A stretch of 64,000 nucleotides of DNA from Vicinamibacteria bacterium (GCA_963422395.1 OY729431.1:32001-96000), one strand, 5' to 3'. Counted from the stretch's first letter, positions 1 to 10,730 are shown. Numbers and translations: made by a program. The notes: a model not told the origin generated them from the letters alone.

Positions 1-1080
1 GCGCTCGATCTGATCACGGACAGCGGGACGACGCTCGCAGCGATTCTGCTACTGGGCGCCCCGACCGCCTTGGCGCGTTGCTGCTCGAACAGCGAAATCA
101 TCTTCACCCGCCATGCGTCGGCCCGAACCCTCTACAACGCTCGCCACGATCTGAAGGGCCCCCTGCTCGGACAGCTCGACGAGTTGTTGACGCTTCTGAC
201 GGCGCACACCGGATTGACCACGGTCGCTCTCGACGGGCTCCGCGATCTCGAAGTGCCGGATGTCTCCCGCTGGGCAGCGCGGGAAGCGATCCTCAACGCA
301 GTGTGCCATCGCGACTGGTTCGTGAACCAGTCCGTCCAGGTATCCCTCCACCCGGACCGGTTGGAGATCGAGAGTCCAGGCGGCTTCGTGGGAGGGGTGG
401 ACGCCACCAATGTGATGCGCCACCCCCCCGTCCGACGGAACCCGCTGCTCGCAGGCGTCTTTCAGGCCATCGGTCTCGTCAACCGGGCAGGCTTGGGAGT
501 GGACCGGCTCCACGAAGAAGCCCTGCGGGCCGGGAAACGCCCGCCGCGGTACGAGGCCGACTCCACCTATGTCCGTCTCGTCCTTCCAACGCGGACCGAC
601 CCTGGTTTCGCTGCATTCGTCACCGGCGAACGCGAAGGCGGCAGGGAGCTGGAACTCGACGACCTCTTGGTGCTGGAAGCGCTCACCCGGCACCCCGAGC
701 TCGACCGCTGGACTGCCGCAGAATGCTTGCAGATCGAAGAAGGGCCGGCCTCGGAACGCCTCGTTTCCCTGCGCGAGCGCGGTTATCTGGTTCCAGTGGG
801 ACGGGGCCGCGGAACGAAGTACCGCCTCGCCGGCCGCTTGAAGCGACTCTGGCGGCCCCTAGACCCGGATGGGCGGGTTGCCGATGCGGCGATGCGCGAG
901 CAGATTCTGGATCTGCTGTCGGACCGCGGCACCATCACGAACACCGATGTGCGGCGGCTCACCGGCATGTCCCGCTTCAGGGCGCTTTCGCTCCTGCGCG
1001 GGCTGAGCGCCGACGGGTTGCTGCGAATGACCGGGAATCGAGGGGGCGCGCGCTATATCGCCGGACCCCGCTCGGGCTGA
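1..1080 (+). CDS. RecG-C-terminal-like (HATPase_c_4) ATP-binding protein with C-terminal HTH domains, 5'-truncated by the window edge
   Basis: Frame is open from base 1. Motifs REAILNAVCHRD, LEIESPGG, RNPLLA and RAGLGVD, followed by two HTH-like segments (GRGRGTKY, GNRGGARY). Confidence 0.85.
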   Translation, partial: ALDLITDSGTTLAAILLLGAPTALARCCSNSEIIFTRHASARTLYNARHDLKGPLLGQLDELLTLLTAHTGLTTVALDGLRDLEVPDVSRWAAREAILNAVCHRDWFVNQSVQVSLHPDRLEIESPGGFVGGVDATNVMRHPPVRRNPLLAGVFQAIGLVNRAGLGVDRLHEEALRAGKRPPRYEADSTYVRLVLPTRTDPGFAAFVTGEREGGRELELDDLLVLEALTRHPELDRWTAAECLQIEEGPASERLVSLRERGYLVPVGRGRGTKYRLAGRLKRLWRPLDPDGRVADAAMREQILDLLSDRGTITNTDVRRLTGMSRFRALSLLRGLSADGLLRMTGNRGGARYIAGPRSG

Positions 1081-1340
1081 CAGAGAGCCCGTTCTGCCCT
1101 CCAAGCCGATTGTGGCGCATCGCAAAAATTGCAATAACACTGCAAAAATCGTTTGAATCATTATTTCGAAAGGCGCGACCGGTGGCCATCGGCCCATCGC
1201 GCAAGCGCCTGCCGGAGCTCCGGCGGGCCAAGGCCTACCGGGAGTGCTGGTTCTCAGCAGCGCCACCGCCCAGCCATCGGGAGGATTGCACAAGCGGTTC
1301 GCTGGTCATCCGGGCCGGACCGGAACCACGGCCCGAGCCG

Positions 1341-1964
1341 CTAGATCGTCGACTTCCTGAAATTGCGCTGAGCAGCCCAGCGCGTCAAGTCGATGGCGAA
1401 GTTCGGAAAGGTGCCAGGAAGGACCCAGAGAGTTTCTGAATTCCAGAACATGCCGGTGGGCATGCTCTTGTCGCGTGGCCTCATTTCGTACTTGAAATTC
1501 TTCACGGCGATTTCGTTCCACCGCAAGGCATCTTCGAGACTCGCCATGTCGACCGCGACCGTCTCAGCACCGTGCTGCTGCTTGCCGATTTCGGCAGCAG
1601 ATTCGTATGCGACGCAACATTTGTCGTACAAGGCCTCGACTTCGCACCGGATCTGCGAACTCAACGCTTGGAACAGTCGGCGCACATCATGACTATGCTC
1701 GGCCGGCTGACTGTGCTCCTGCTCCCAGATGTGCTTCACGACGAGTTCGACTACGACTACATAGAGGACGATATTCGTTAGCGCCATCCCAAGCCGCTGT
1801 TGGTCGCGGGCGGCGCCAATTGATCCGGCGTCTCTGATGGCCGCTCTCGACACTGGCAACGAATCGGTGGAGCGGAGAGCCTCCATCGCAAGAATCAACA
1901 GGCGGGCAGAGCCCAGCTTCGATCCGTGAGGGCTGTTCACTTCGCGTTTCCCCATAGTGAGCAC
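1341..1964 (-). CDS. Hypothetical protein, possibly HEPN-like
   Basis: 207-aa ORF of lower GC. ELVVK...HSHDVRRLF resembles the HEPN pattern ELxxK...HDLxxLF. Confidence 0.5.
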   Translation of the reverse strand: MLTMGKREVNSPHGSKLGSARLLILAMEALRSTDSLPVSRAAIRDAGSIGAARDQQRLGMALTNIVLYVVVVELVVKHIWEQEHSQPAEHSHDVRRLFQALSSQIRCEVEALYDKCCVAYESAAEIGKQQHGAETVAVDMASLEDALRWNEIAVKNFKYEMRPRDKSMPTGMFWNSETLWVLPGTFPNFAIDLTRWAAQRNFRKSTI

Positions 1965-2162
1965 CTCCAGGGGAAGATCCTCAGTCTCTCACCCGCGACT
2001 TCATGGGCATGCACCACCTTCTGCCACTCGAGTCATCTCCCGAAGAACGAGACGCACGGTGCGGATTCCGACCGCTGCAGCAGCCGCCCGAACACTGAGC
2101 ACCTCCGCCCCGCTCGCCACTACCGCCGAGGCTGACGAGCGGGAGCCCTCGCCGAGGGCGAA

Positions 2163-5045
2163 TCAGAACTCGAGGCGGACGCCGACGCGGAAGACTCTCG
2201 GGTCGAGGATCGCGACGATCTCGTTGTAGCGGGAACCTGAAATCGTGCGGTAGTTCAGCACCGTGGAGCTGTTCGTCAGGTTGAAGCCGTCGAACAGGAA
2301 GGCGACGGTCGCGCCCTGGGGCAGGTCGAAGGACTTCTCGGCGCGCATGTCGAAGATACCGACATTCGGCGCGCGGGAGTTGTAGCCATCCGGCATCACC
2401 CGCTCGGTTCCGGCGTTCGGGAGACGGACGCTGACCCGGCGGCCGGTCTGATACCCGCTCTGCAGCTTGTAGGAAGCACTGACTCCGACATTCCAGGGGA
2501 AGATGTAACGGCCGACCAGTTTGTAGTTCCAGTAGGTCGTGTCGATCGCACCGAGCCGGAGCGACTGGTTCGCCTGCCACTCGTAGGTCGTGCCCTCGAT
2601 GAAGTCGAACCGGGCGGCGGCCCGGACGCTCGTGGAGGAGGTCGTCCGCATGTAGGCGTTCGCCCAGGTGTGGAGGAACGAGGTCAGGAACATCCAGCGG
2701 TCGGCGAAGCGCCGGTTCAGCGCCACTTCGACGGTGTGGTAGTTGGCATCCGGGCTCGGCAGGCCGTGCGCGCCGGGGTTCACATACATCCGATTCTCGG
2801 GAATTCCGGGCTGCCGGTCCATGAGGCCGATGACCTGGTCGTCCCCGGTTCCGGCGGTGTTGTCCGGTCCCCGGTCCTCATAGGAGTACGGAATGCCGTA
2901 GGCGAAGGCGCGGTTCAAGTCCACGACCCCATAGCCGTTCCGCGAGTTCTTGTGGACATAAGAGGCGCGGAAGGAGAAGTTGTCGGCGAGCTGCTGCTCG
3001 AAGTGGGCCGACGCCTCGTGTCCGTAAGCGTTCGTCAGGCCAGGATCCACGGTCACGAAGCCGGCGCCGCCGAGGGTGCTGAGCTTGTTTCCGAGTTCGG
3101 AGGAATCGGCGAGGCCGCCGCTCGGCCCCGGGTCCACGATCCGATTCCCGTTCAGGTCGTTGAATTCGTACCGGAACGCCGCCTGCCCCACCGGGTTCTC
3201 GTCGTCCACGATCGTGGTGCTGGGGTTCCAGTAGAAGCGCCCGAAGAACAGCTTCAGCACCGTCCGCCCCTCGCCCGTCACATCGAAAGCGGCACCGAGC
3301 CGCGGCCCGATGTTCGAAAGGGTCAGTACGTCCGCTTGCGACACTTCGAGTGCGGGGAAGATGTCCGAATGCGTGGGTTGCATGGACTGGTCCGGCCAGC
3401 CCATCACATAGCGGTCGAAGCGCGCGCCGAGGTTCAATGTGAGGCGGTCGTTGAGTGTCCAGGAGTCCTGGATATAGGCAGCGGTCAAGAGGATGTCGTT
3501 CACGCCGGTGTTCGGGGTGTTGTAGATGTCCACCTCGGAGGGCAGGCCGTCACGGTCCCGGTAGAAGATGTCCTCCGGCTGCATGCGGAGGAAGCTGCGG
3601 CGCTCGCGGTATATCTCGGTCCCGATCTTGAGCGTGTGCTGCCCGGCGAAATCATCCGCGAAGTAGGTCAGATTGCCGGAGATCTGCGGCTTCGTCACCT
3701 TGCGGAAGTGGTAGTAGTCGTTGGCGTTCGTCAGATCACCGGTCGTGAGCTCCTCGCGGCCCGCAGAAAGACCCTCCACGCTCTCCGACTTCGTCGTGGT
3801 CGTAAAGAGCGGGAACTGGTTGATCCAGTGGCTCAGCTGCAGGTTCAGGAAGAGCTTGTCGGTGAGCACATTCGTGTACTCGAACTTCATCGGCTTGTTC
3901 ACCGAGCTCTGGTACCAGGCAGCTTCCAGCGGCACCGCCGGACCTAGATTCCGCTCCGCCTGCAACTTGGTGCGTCGGTTGAAGAAACCGATCAACTGGC
4001 TGGAGTCGGTGAGCTGGTAGGTGGCCTTGGCGGTCCAGTTGCCCAGCTGGGTGGTCGCCGGATCGGGGTTCCCGATGGTGAGTTTTTCCTGGTGGTTCAG
4101 CCGGTAGCCGCCGTAGAACCACGCCTTGCCCGGATAGATCGGGCCGCCGATGCCGATGTTGATGTCGCTCTGCAGCGTGATCGGATTGCCGGCTTCGAGG
4201 CCTTTCGATCCCGCCTTGTAGGGGCCATCGGTCCCGCCGCCGGTACGGAGCGCGTCCGGCACATTGTCGCCGACGGTGGCGTCGTTCTCGAAGTCCACAT
4301 AGACGTCCCCGTTGAAGCGGTCGCCGCCGGACTTCACCGTGAGGTTGAAGAAAGCGCCGAGTCCGTGGGTCTCGCCCATGTTCCCGGAGCCGCCGAGCTG
4401 GAAATCCTCGAAGCTGCCGTAGTCGAAATACCCGGCGTTCCCCGAAGTGGTCTCGGTGACATTGATGCCCTCGAGCAGGGTGCGGTGCTGGTCACCGAAG
4501 CCGAACGCCTGGAACCCGGTCTGGGTGCCGGTGTGGGAGCCGCCCACATCGTAGCCCTCCATCTGGAAGCCGGGGGCCTGGGCCATCGCCGCCCAGATGT
4601 CGCGGGCGTTGGGGATGTCCTCGAGGAGTTCCTCGGTGAAGTTCACTCCGGTGGCGGTGGTCTTCACATCCACCACCGGCGCCTCTCCGGTGATCGTGAT
4701 CACTTCCTCGAGGCCGCCGACTTCGAGAGTCGCGTTCACCGTGAGGGTGGTGTTCAGGGTCATCTGGATGTTCTCGCGGACTACCGAGCCGAAACCCGAG
4801 AGCGAGAAGGTGACCGAGTACAGCCCGGTGGGAAGGGCGGGAAAGACATAGGTGCCCTGGCTGCCGCTGACGGCGACCTGATCCTGGATCAGCGCCGAAC
4901 TCGACGCAGTGACCGTGACCCCGGGGATCACCGCGCCGGTGGCGTCGGATACGGTGCCGACCAACCGCCCGCGCAGCTCCTGCGCGGAAACCGAGGCCGC
5001 TATGGAAACCGCGAGGATCGCGGTCGGAAACAATCGTCTGCGCAT
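2163..5045 (-). CDS. TonB-dependent receptor, Oar-like, with N-terminal carboxypeptidase-regulatory-like domain
   Basis: Signal peptide, GTVSDATGAVIPGVTV, TVKSGGDRFNG, TLNLGARFD and C-terminal PRVFRVGVRLEF. GGAGG RBS precedes the ATG at 5045 (alternative start 5069). Confidence 0.92.
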   Translation of the reverse strand: MRRRLFPTAILAVSIAASVSAQELRGRLVGTVSDATGAVIPGVTVTASSSALIQDQVAVSGSQGTYVFPALPTGLYSVTFSLSGFGSVVRENIQMTLNTTLTVNATLEVGGLEEVITITGEAPVVDVKTTATGVNFTEELLEDIPNARDIWAAMAQAPGFQMEGYDVGGSHTGTQTGFQAFGFGDQHRTLLEGINVTETTSGNAGYFDYGSFEDFQLGGSGNMGETHGLGAFFNLTVKSGGDRFNGDVYVDFENDATVGDNVPDALRTGGGTDGPYKAGSKGLEAGNPITLQSDINIGIGGPIYPGKAWFYGGYRLNHQEKLTIGNPDPATTQLGNWTAKATYQLTDSSQLIGFFNRRTKLQAERNLGPAVPLEAAWYQSSVNKPMKFEYTNVLTDKLFLNLQLSHWINQFPLFTTTTKSESVEGLSAGREELTTGDLTNANDYYHFRKVTKPQISGNLTYFADDFAGQHTLKIGTEIYRERRSFLRMQPEDIFYRDRDGLPSEVDIYNTPNTGVNDILLTAAYIQDSWTLNDRLTLNLGARFDRYVMGWPDQSMQPTHSDIFPALEVSQADVLTLSNIGPRLGAAFDVTGEGRTVLKLFFGRFYWNPSTTIVDDENPVGQAAFRYEFNDLNGNRIVDPGPSGGLADSSELGNKLSTLGGAGFVTVDPGLTNAYGHEASAHFEQQLADNFSFRASYVHKNSRNGYGVVDLNRAFAYGIPYSYEDRGPDNTAGTGDDQVIGLMDRQPGIPENRMYVNPGAHGLPSPDANYHTVEVALNRRFADRWMFLTSFLHTWANAYMRTTSSTSVRAAARFDFIEGTTYEWQANQSLRLGAIDTTYWNYKLVGRYIFPWNVGVSASYKLQSGYQTGRRVSVRLPNAGTERVMPDGYNSRAPNVGIFDMRAEKSFDLPQGATVAFLFDGFNLTNSSTVLNYRTISGSRYNEIVAILDPRVFRVGVRLEF

Positions 5046-5098
5046 CGGTCCACCTCCCGGGTGAGACATCTTCGATATCCCCTCTAGGGGAGCTCCTA

Positions 5099-5104
5099 AT
5101 TATA
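5099..5104 (-). promoter_or_regulatory. Putative sigma70 -10 box for the TonB receptor gene
   Basis: Perfect TATAAT on the minus strand about 55 bp upstream of the start, in GC-rich context. No clear -35 element. Confidence 0.4.
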
Positions 5105-5203
5105 GATGCCCTGCTCGCCCGTCTCGCTTCGCCCGAGGAGGCGGAACCGATCCGGGGCCAGCGCCCCTCGAGGATCTCGGAAATCCGGGTTGGACGCCCC
5201 GGC

Positions 5204-6438
5204 TCAGCCGTCGGGCCCGACGTCAGGCTGCCCGGCGGTGAGGGCGTTCAGAAAGGCCAAGCAGAGGTCGCGCGAGCGGTAGCTCCTGAAGGTCTTCCTC
5301 TCCTGCCGTTCGAGGATCGGGAAGGTGGACCAGATATGCCGCACACCGTCGCGGTCGGTCACGCCGTAGAGGTGGAAGAACACCGCATCGAGCCTGGCGC
5401 GAAGCCGCAGGCGGCGGTCCTCGTCCCAGCCGAAGGGCGGGCGCACCGCGCCCGAAGCGTCCCGATAGCCGAGGGCGCGGGCGAAGGGCGCCATGTCTTC
5501 CGCGGTGCAGGTGAGTTCGAGGACGGCTTCCCGGATGATTTCGGCGGCGGTCTTCGGCCCGAACCGGCAGGTTTCGTACATCTCGGGCGGGACGACCGGG
5601 AGCTGCTCGACGATGAACCAGTTGAGATGCTGAGCCTGGACCTTTTGGCGGGCGATGAAATCGAGAACGATCGCATTCAGGTTGGCGGCCGCGAGCGCCC
5701 AGAACGCTCCCGGAGGAGATCCCTCCCCTTCCGGGAGAAGGAGGGGGAGGGTGTTCCCGGCGCCGGCCCGCGGGATGAGCGCAGCGATCATCGTCCGGGC
5801 GTTGGTCGCGACGGTCACATCCTTGAACGCCAGCGCGTAGTCCCGTTCTTCGGGAATGTCGGCGACCGCCGGTAGATCGCGGTGGTGATCTCCTGGTCGC
5901 GCCGGCTGCGGAAGACCGGCGCGGTGCCGGTGTTCGGATTCACCCGCCGGAAGTCCCCGGCGGTCAGCTCGAGACGCCGGTCCGCGTCCTCCAACTCGGA
6001 AACCCGGTGGAGATAGAACGCGCAGCGGGCCGGACGGTCCTGCGCGGATCGTCCCGCGACGAACACACAGAACTTGAAAGATGCGTGCACTTCCGGGAAA
6101 AACACCTTCTTGTTCTCGAAGTCGTAGAGCGCCCGCAGCCGCCCTTCGGTCGCCACCGATCGGAAAAACGGTGCGGCGGTCTTGTCCGACGCGATGCCGG
6201 AGGGCACGAGCAGCCCGATCCTTCCCTCCGGCTTCACGAGCGCCATCGCCCGCTCCACGAAGAGCGAATAGAGGTTCTGATCGCCCCTCGAAAGGAGCGG
6301 GTAGTCCCCCGAATCCCGGGCGATCCGCGCCCGGTCCCGCGCCCGGCGGTCGGCGCGCCCGAAATCCGCTGCCAGCGGGATCGCCGCGCACTTCGAGCGC
6401 CTCGACGAGATTCTTCCGCTCGGAAGCGAGACTCTCAA
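5204..6438 (-). pseudogene. C-terminal fragment of a type IIG (Eco57I-like) restriction-modification enzyme, with internal deletion/frameshift
   Basis: One frame gives GDQNLYSLFVER...LYDFEN...VNPNTGTAPVFRS. A second frame gives AFKDVTVATNARTMIAALIP...RLDAVFFHLYG. The frame switches near 5860, and the N-terminal nuclease and MTase motifs are absent. Confidence 0.75.
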
Positions 6439-6485
6439 CGATTCGGTTGTTTCAGATCAGAGTCGTTGACGGACATGGCGAATCG

Positions 6486-6587
6486 TCTTGTTTCAATTTT
6501 TCTGTCATTCACGGTCAAGGCTTCTCTTGTTTCATTATATGCGTTGATATTGATATAAGTGAATATCCTTATTTCAGTTTCTGTCAT
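6486..6587. repeat. AT-rich intergenic segment with about 40-bp-spaced direct repeats upstream of fic
   Basis: TCTTGTTTCA at 6486 and 6525, CCTTATTTCA at 6567, and TTTCTGTCAT twice. Confidence 0.55.
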
Positions 6588-6604
6588 CCGCGAGGATCCT
6601 TGCC

Positions 6605-7777
6605 GTGCGGCGCAAAACCGGTAGCTACCAGATAACCGCAACTGCCGGGGAGCGCGTACGCGCCTTCCTGCCCGCGCCGCTGCCACCCCACCCTCCGCTC
6701 GAACTCGACGGCGCGCTGCAGCAGGCGCTCGAAGGCGCCGGTCTCGCCCTCGGACGTCTCGACGGCCTCTCGGTTCTTCTTCCGGATCCGGCTCTCTTCC
6801 TCTACTCGTCCGTACGCAAGGAGGCTGTGCTCTCTTCGCAGATCGAGGGTACGCAGTCCTCGTTGTCCCACCTCCTGCTCTTCGAGCTCGAGGAAGCATC
6901 GGGGGCGCCGCTCGACGATGTCCGCGAGGTGTCGAACCATGTGGCGGCCTTCGATCACGGCCTCCGGCGGCTGCGCGGGGATTTCCCGCTTTCGAACCGC
7001 CTGATCCGTGAAATGCACGGTGTTCTGCTGTCGCGCGGCCGGGGCAGCGACAAGAACCCCGGGGAGTTCCGCCGTTCGCAGGTCTGGATCGGCGGCACTC
7101 GACCCGGCAACGCCGCGTTCGTCCCACCCCCATGCGATGCCGTGCCCGACTGCATGGCTGCGTGGGAACGGTTTCTCCACGATGAGACCGATGGCCTCCC
7201 GGTGCTGGTTCGGGCCGGGCTCGCCCATGCGCAGTTCGAGGCGATCCACCCGTTCCTCGACGGAAACGGCCGGATCGGCCGCCTGGTGGTGACGCTTCTG
7301 CTTTGCCACGCTGGCGTACTCAAGGAACCGCTTCTCTACCTGAGTCTGTATCTCAAGCGCCATCGCGCGACCTATTACGAATTGTTGAACGAGGTGCGGC
7401 GGAGCAGCGATTGGGAAGCGTGGATCGCCTTTTTCCTCGAGGGAGTACGGCAGATTGCCGAAGACGCGGCTGCCACAGCCGTCCGGCTCTCCCGGATGTT
7501 CCGGGAGCACCGGGATCGCCTGTCGGCAACCGCCGGCCGTCGCGCGGGGTCGGTGATTCGCCTCCACGAGGCCCTGAAAGAGCGACCGATCCTCTCTCTC
7601 GGGGCCGCGAGCCGAGCCGCCGGGGTGTCCTACGGAACGGCGGCCTCGGCCATGGAGACACTGGTCCGGAACGGGATCGCCCGCGAACTCACCGGCAACC
7701 GCCGAAACCGGCTGTTCGCCTACGACGGCTACCTCACCGTACTCGAAGAGGGCGCCGAGATCTCCGATCAGGGTTGA
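6605..7777 (+). CDS. Fic family protein (Fic_N + Fic + C-terminal HTH)
   Basis: Fic motif HPFLDGNGRIGR and inhibitory-helix motif SSQIEG. Confidence 0.93.
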   Translation: MRRKTGSYQITATAGERVRAFLPAPLPPHPPLELDGALQQALEGAGLALGRLDGLSVLLPDPALFLYSSVRKEAVLSSQIEGTQSSLSHLLLFELEEASGAPLDDVREVSNHVAAFDHGLRRLRGDFPLSNRLIREMHGVLLSRGRGSDKNPGEFRRSQVWIGGTRPGNAAFVPPPCDAVPDCMAAWERFLHDETDGLPVLVRAGLAHAQFEAIHPFLDGNGRIGRLVVTLLLCHAGVLKEPLLYLSLYLKRHRATYYELLNEVRRSSDWEAWIAFFLEGVRQIAEDAAATAVRLSRMFREHRDRLSATAGRRAGSVIRLHEALKERPILSLGAASRAAGVSYGTAASAMETLVRNGIARELTGNRRNRLFAYDGYLTVLEEGAEISDQG

Positions 7778-7854
7778 TTCCACGGGCTGCCAAGGGTGCC
7801 GGACGGGACCCCCCCCGGTAGAATCGCCGTCCCCCTGAACGGCGGCTTTTCAGA

Positions 7855-10170
7855 ATGGCGATCAACACTCGGACCATCGGCGAACGGGTGCGGAGGCGCG
7901 AAGACCCTCGCCTCGTCACCGGGAAGGCGCACTACACCGCCGACATCCCTCTCCGGAACGCGCTCCATCTCGGAGTGGTCCGGAGCCCCTATCCGCACGC
8001 CGAGATCCTCGCTGTCGAGACCGCCGAAGCCTGTCGGGCGCCGGGAGTCGCCGCCATCTTCACCGCCGCAGATGTCCTCCCCACACTGAAGCGGCCCTTC
8101 CCGGTGGCGAAGGCCCCGGACGCCGGCGCGTTCCTCGATCTCCACATCCCGGCCCGCTGGCCGCTCGCCGAAAAACGCGTGCTCGCAGTGGGTGATCCGG
8201 TGGCGGCCGTCGTCGCCGAGACTCCGGCGCAGGCCGCCGACGCAGCGGCGCTGGTCACCGTGGACTACCGCGATCTTCCGGGGGCGGGCGATGGGCGCAC
8301 CGCCCGCGCCGCGGGTGCGGCGCTCCTCCATCCGAAGGCCCCGGAGAACCGGGCCTTCGTGTGGGAACTCCATCCCGAGGAGGCCCCGGAGCGCGACGAA
8401 GGTCCGGTGCAGATCGAGCTCGACTTTCGTATCCAGCGGCTGATCCCCAGCGCCATGGAGCCGCGCGCGGTTTCCGCCCGGGTGGACGGCGACCGGATCA
8501 CCGTATGGACTTCCACCCAGTCCGCCCACCGGGTTCGTCAGAGTGTGGCGCGCATCCTGGGAGTCTCGGAGGAGCGCATCCGGGTCGTCGCGCCGGAAGT
8601 CGGCGGCGGTTTCGGCGCGAAGGCCAACCTCTACCCCGAAGAGATCCTCGTCCCCTGGCTGGCCCTCCAGCTGGGCCGACCCGTGCGATGGGCCGCCACC
8701 CGCACCGAGGATTTCCAAACGACCACCCACGGACGAAACCTGTTCGTCCACCTCGGTCTCTCCGCGGAGAAGGGAGGCAAGGTGCGGCAGGCCGATCTCG
8801 AAGTCCTCTACGACTGCGGCGCCTATTACAGCCGGCCCGGCCCTACGACCCCCTCGCTCACCGGATCGATGATCGTCGGTCCCTACACCATCCCGTCGGC
8901 CCGGGCCCGGGCGGAAGGTGCGTTCACGAACACCGCCCCGAACGAGCCCTACCGAGGCTCGGGGCGCCCGGAAGCGACCTATCTGATCGAGAGGGCGATG
9001 GATGTGCTCGCCGGCCGGCTCGGTCTCGATCCGGCGGAGATCCGCCGCCGAAACCTGATCCCGCGGGAGAAGTTCCCCTATCGGACGGCGACCGGGCTGA
9101 CCTACGACAGCGGGGATTACGAACGGGCACTCGATCTGGCCATCGAAAAGGGCGACTACGCCGGGCTGCGCGCCGAGCAGGCGCGGCGGCGGAGTGGAGA
9201 AGGCGGCAAACCGTTCGGCGTCGGTCTCGCCTGTTATGTGGAGATCTGCGGTTTCGGCCCCTGGGAGGCCGGCGGGGTCACCGTGGAGGCCGACGCCTCG
9301 GTTACGGTCCGAAGCGGCACTTCACCCCACGGGCAGGGGCATGAAACGGCGTGGGCGCAGATCGCCGCCGAGCAGCTCGGCGTGCCGCTCGACTCGGTGC
9401 GCGTTCTGCACGGAGACACCGACGAGTGTCCCCGGGGGATCGGCACCTTCGGCAGCCGCAGCGCACCGGTCGGCGGGTCGGCAGTCTTCGAAAACGCCGG
9501 CACGGTCCGTGAGCAGGCGAAGGAGCTCGCCGCCCGGCTGCTCGAGGCCGCCCCGGAGGACATCCGCTTCGACGCCGGGCGTTTTTTCGTCGCCGGGTCG
9601 ACCGGAAGGGCGGTCGGGTGGAACGAGATCGCCGCCTTCGCCTACCGCCCGGACACTCCCGAAGGCGCCGCCGCCGCGCTCTCCGCCGATATCGACTTCA
9701 GACCGCCGGGCGAGACCTTCCCCTTCGGAACCCACTTGTGTGCGGTCGAGATCGAACCCGACACCGGCGAGATCACGATCATCCGCTATCTCTCGGTGGA
9801 CGATTGCGGCCGGGTCATCAACCCCCTCCTCGCCGAAGGGCAGGTCCACGGCGGGCTCGCTCAGGGGATCGCCCAGGCCCTCTACGAAGAGGCCCGCTAC
9901 GACGAGGGCGGCAATCTGCTGACGGGCTCCCTCCTCGAATACGCCGTTCCCCGCGCCGACATGCTCCCCCACTGGGAGCTCCACCGCACCGTGACCCCGA
10001 CTTCGGTGAACCCGCTCGGGGTCAAGGGAATCGGCGAAGCCGCCACCATCGGTTCCACTCCGGCGGTCGCGAACGCGGTCCTGGACGCGCTGCGTCCTTT
10101 CGGGGTGGAACACCTCGACACGCCGCTCACTCCGGAGAAGGTGTGGCGCGCGATGCAGGGCTCCGGATAG
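7855..10170 (+). CDS. Xanthine dehydrogenase / CoxL-like (form II) molybdopterin-binding large subunit
   Basis: RREDPRLVTG, VGGGFGAK, PYRGSGRPEA, HGQGHET, GTFGSRS and KGIGE motifs. Confidence 0.92.
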   Translation: MAINTRTIGERVRRREDPRLVTGKAHYTADIPLRNALHLGVVRSPYPHAEILAVETAEACRAPGVAAIFTAADVLPTLKRPFPVAKAPDAGAFLDLHIPARWPLAEKRVLAVGDPVAAVVAETPAQAADAAALVTVDYRDLPGAGDGRTARAAGAALLHPKAPENRAFVWELHPEEAPERDEGPVQIELDFRIQRLIPSAMEPRAVSARVDGDRITVWTSTQSAHRVRQSVARILGVSEERIRVVAPEVGGGFGAKANLYPEEILVPWLALQLGRPVRWAATRTEDFQTTTHGRNLFVHLGLSAEKGGKVRQADLEVLYDCGAYYSRPGPTTPSLTGSMIVGPYTIPSARARAEGAFTNTAPNEPYRGSGRPEATYLIERAMDVLAGRLGLDPAEIRRRNLIPREKFPYRTATGLTYDSGDYERALDLAIEKGDYAGLRAEQARRRSGEGGKPFGVGLACYVEICGFGPWEAGGVTVEADASVTVRSGTSPHGQGHETAWAQIAAEQLGVPLDSVRVLHGDTDECPRGIGTFGSRSAPVGGSAVFENAGTVREQAKELAARLLEAAPEDIRFDAGRFFVAGSTGRAVGWNEIAAFAYRPDTPEGAAAALSADIDFRPPGETFPFGTHLCAVEIEPDTGEITIIRYLSVDDCGRVINPLLAEGQVHGGLAQGIAQALYEEARYDEGGNLLTGSLLEYAVPRADMLPHWELHRTVTPTSVNPLGVKGIGEAATIGSTPAVANAVLDALRPFGVEHLDTPLTPEKVWRAMQGSG

Positions 10171-10199
10171 CCCCGGAAAGGAGGAATCGGCACCCGGAC

Positions 10200-10625
10200 G
10201 GATATCGGCGAGCTGGAGACGGCGGGGATGGACCCCGTTCTCCGGCTCTTCCAGAGTCACGAGCGATCCCGACCAGGGATTCACCGCGACCGCGCAGAGT
10301 GCGAGAACGCGCAGGGTTCCCTTCGGCAGGACGCGGGCGGAGCACTCAACCCCTGCTTGGCGCACGGACAGATTCAGCGTGCCGCGGTCCTGGTTCACAT
10401 CGACGCCTATGCGTTCGATGCTCGGAACGATGGTGCGGAGGCGGCGGGAAATCGCTTGGAAACTTTCGGGTTGCGTCGAGCATAAGGTAGTAGCGGAACG
10501 GCGCGATGTAATCACCGTGGGTTCGACATCCGGCACTGCGGCAGGCGCCTGTTCCTGACGCATCGACACCCTCGGTGCGAAGGAATAGACGCGCCAGTCG
10601 GCCAGTTCGCCGCGAAGCGCCAGGC
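10200..10625 (-). pseudogene. Internal fragment of an AAA_21/ABC-type ATPase
   Basis: Degenerate signature LPKGTLR and Walker B TLEEPENGVHP. No Walker A, and the homology breaks off. Confidence 0.6.
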
Positions 10626-10690
10626 GAGGCAATTCCACGGTGATCTCGCGGAGCGACTTGGAGTTGCGGGCGGTCAGGTGGCGCCGCATT

Positions 10691-10730
10691 CCATCACTCC
10701 GGACCCATCACTCCGGACCCATCATCCCGG
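10691..10730. repeat. 14-bp tandem repeat (about 2.7 copies) at the MT-A70 stop
   Basis: CCATCACTCCGGAC twice, then CCATCATCCCGG. Confidence 0.7.
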
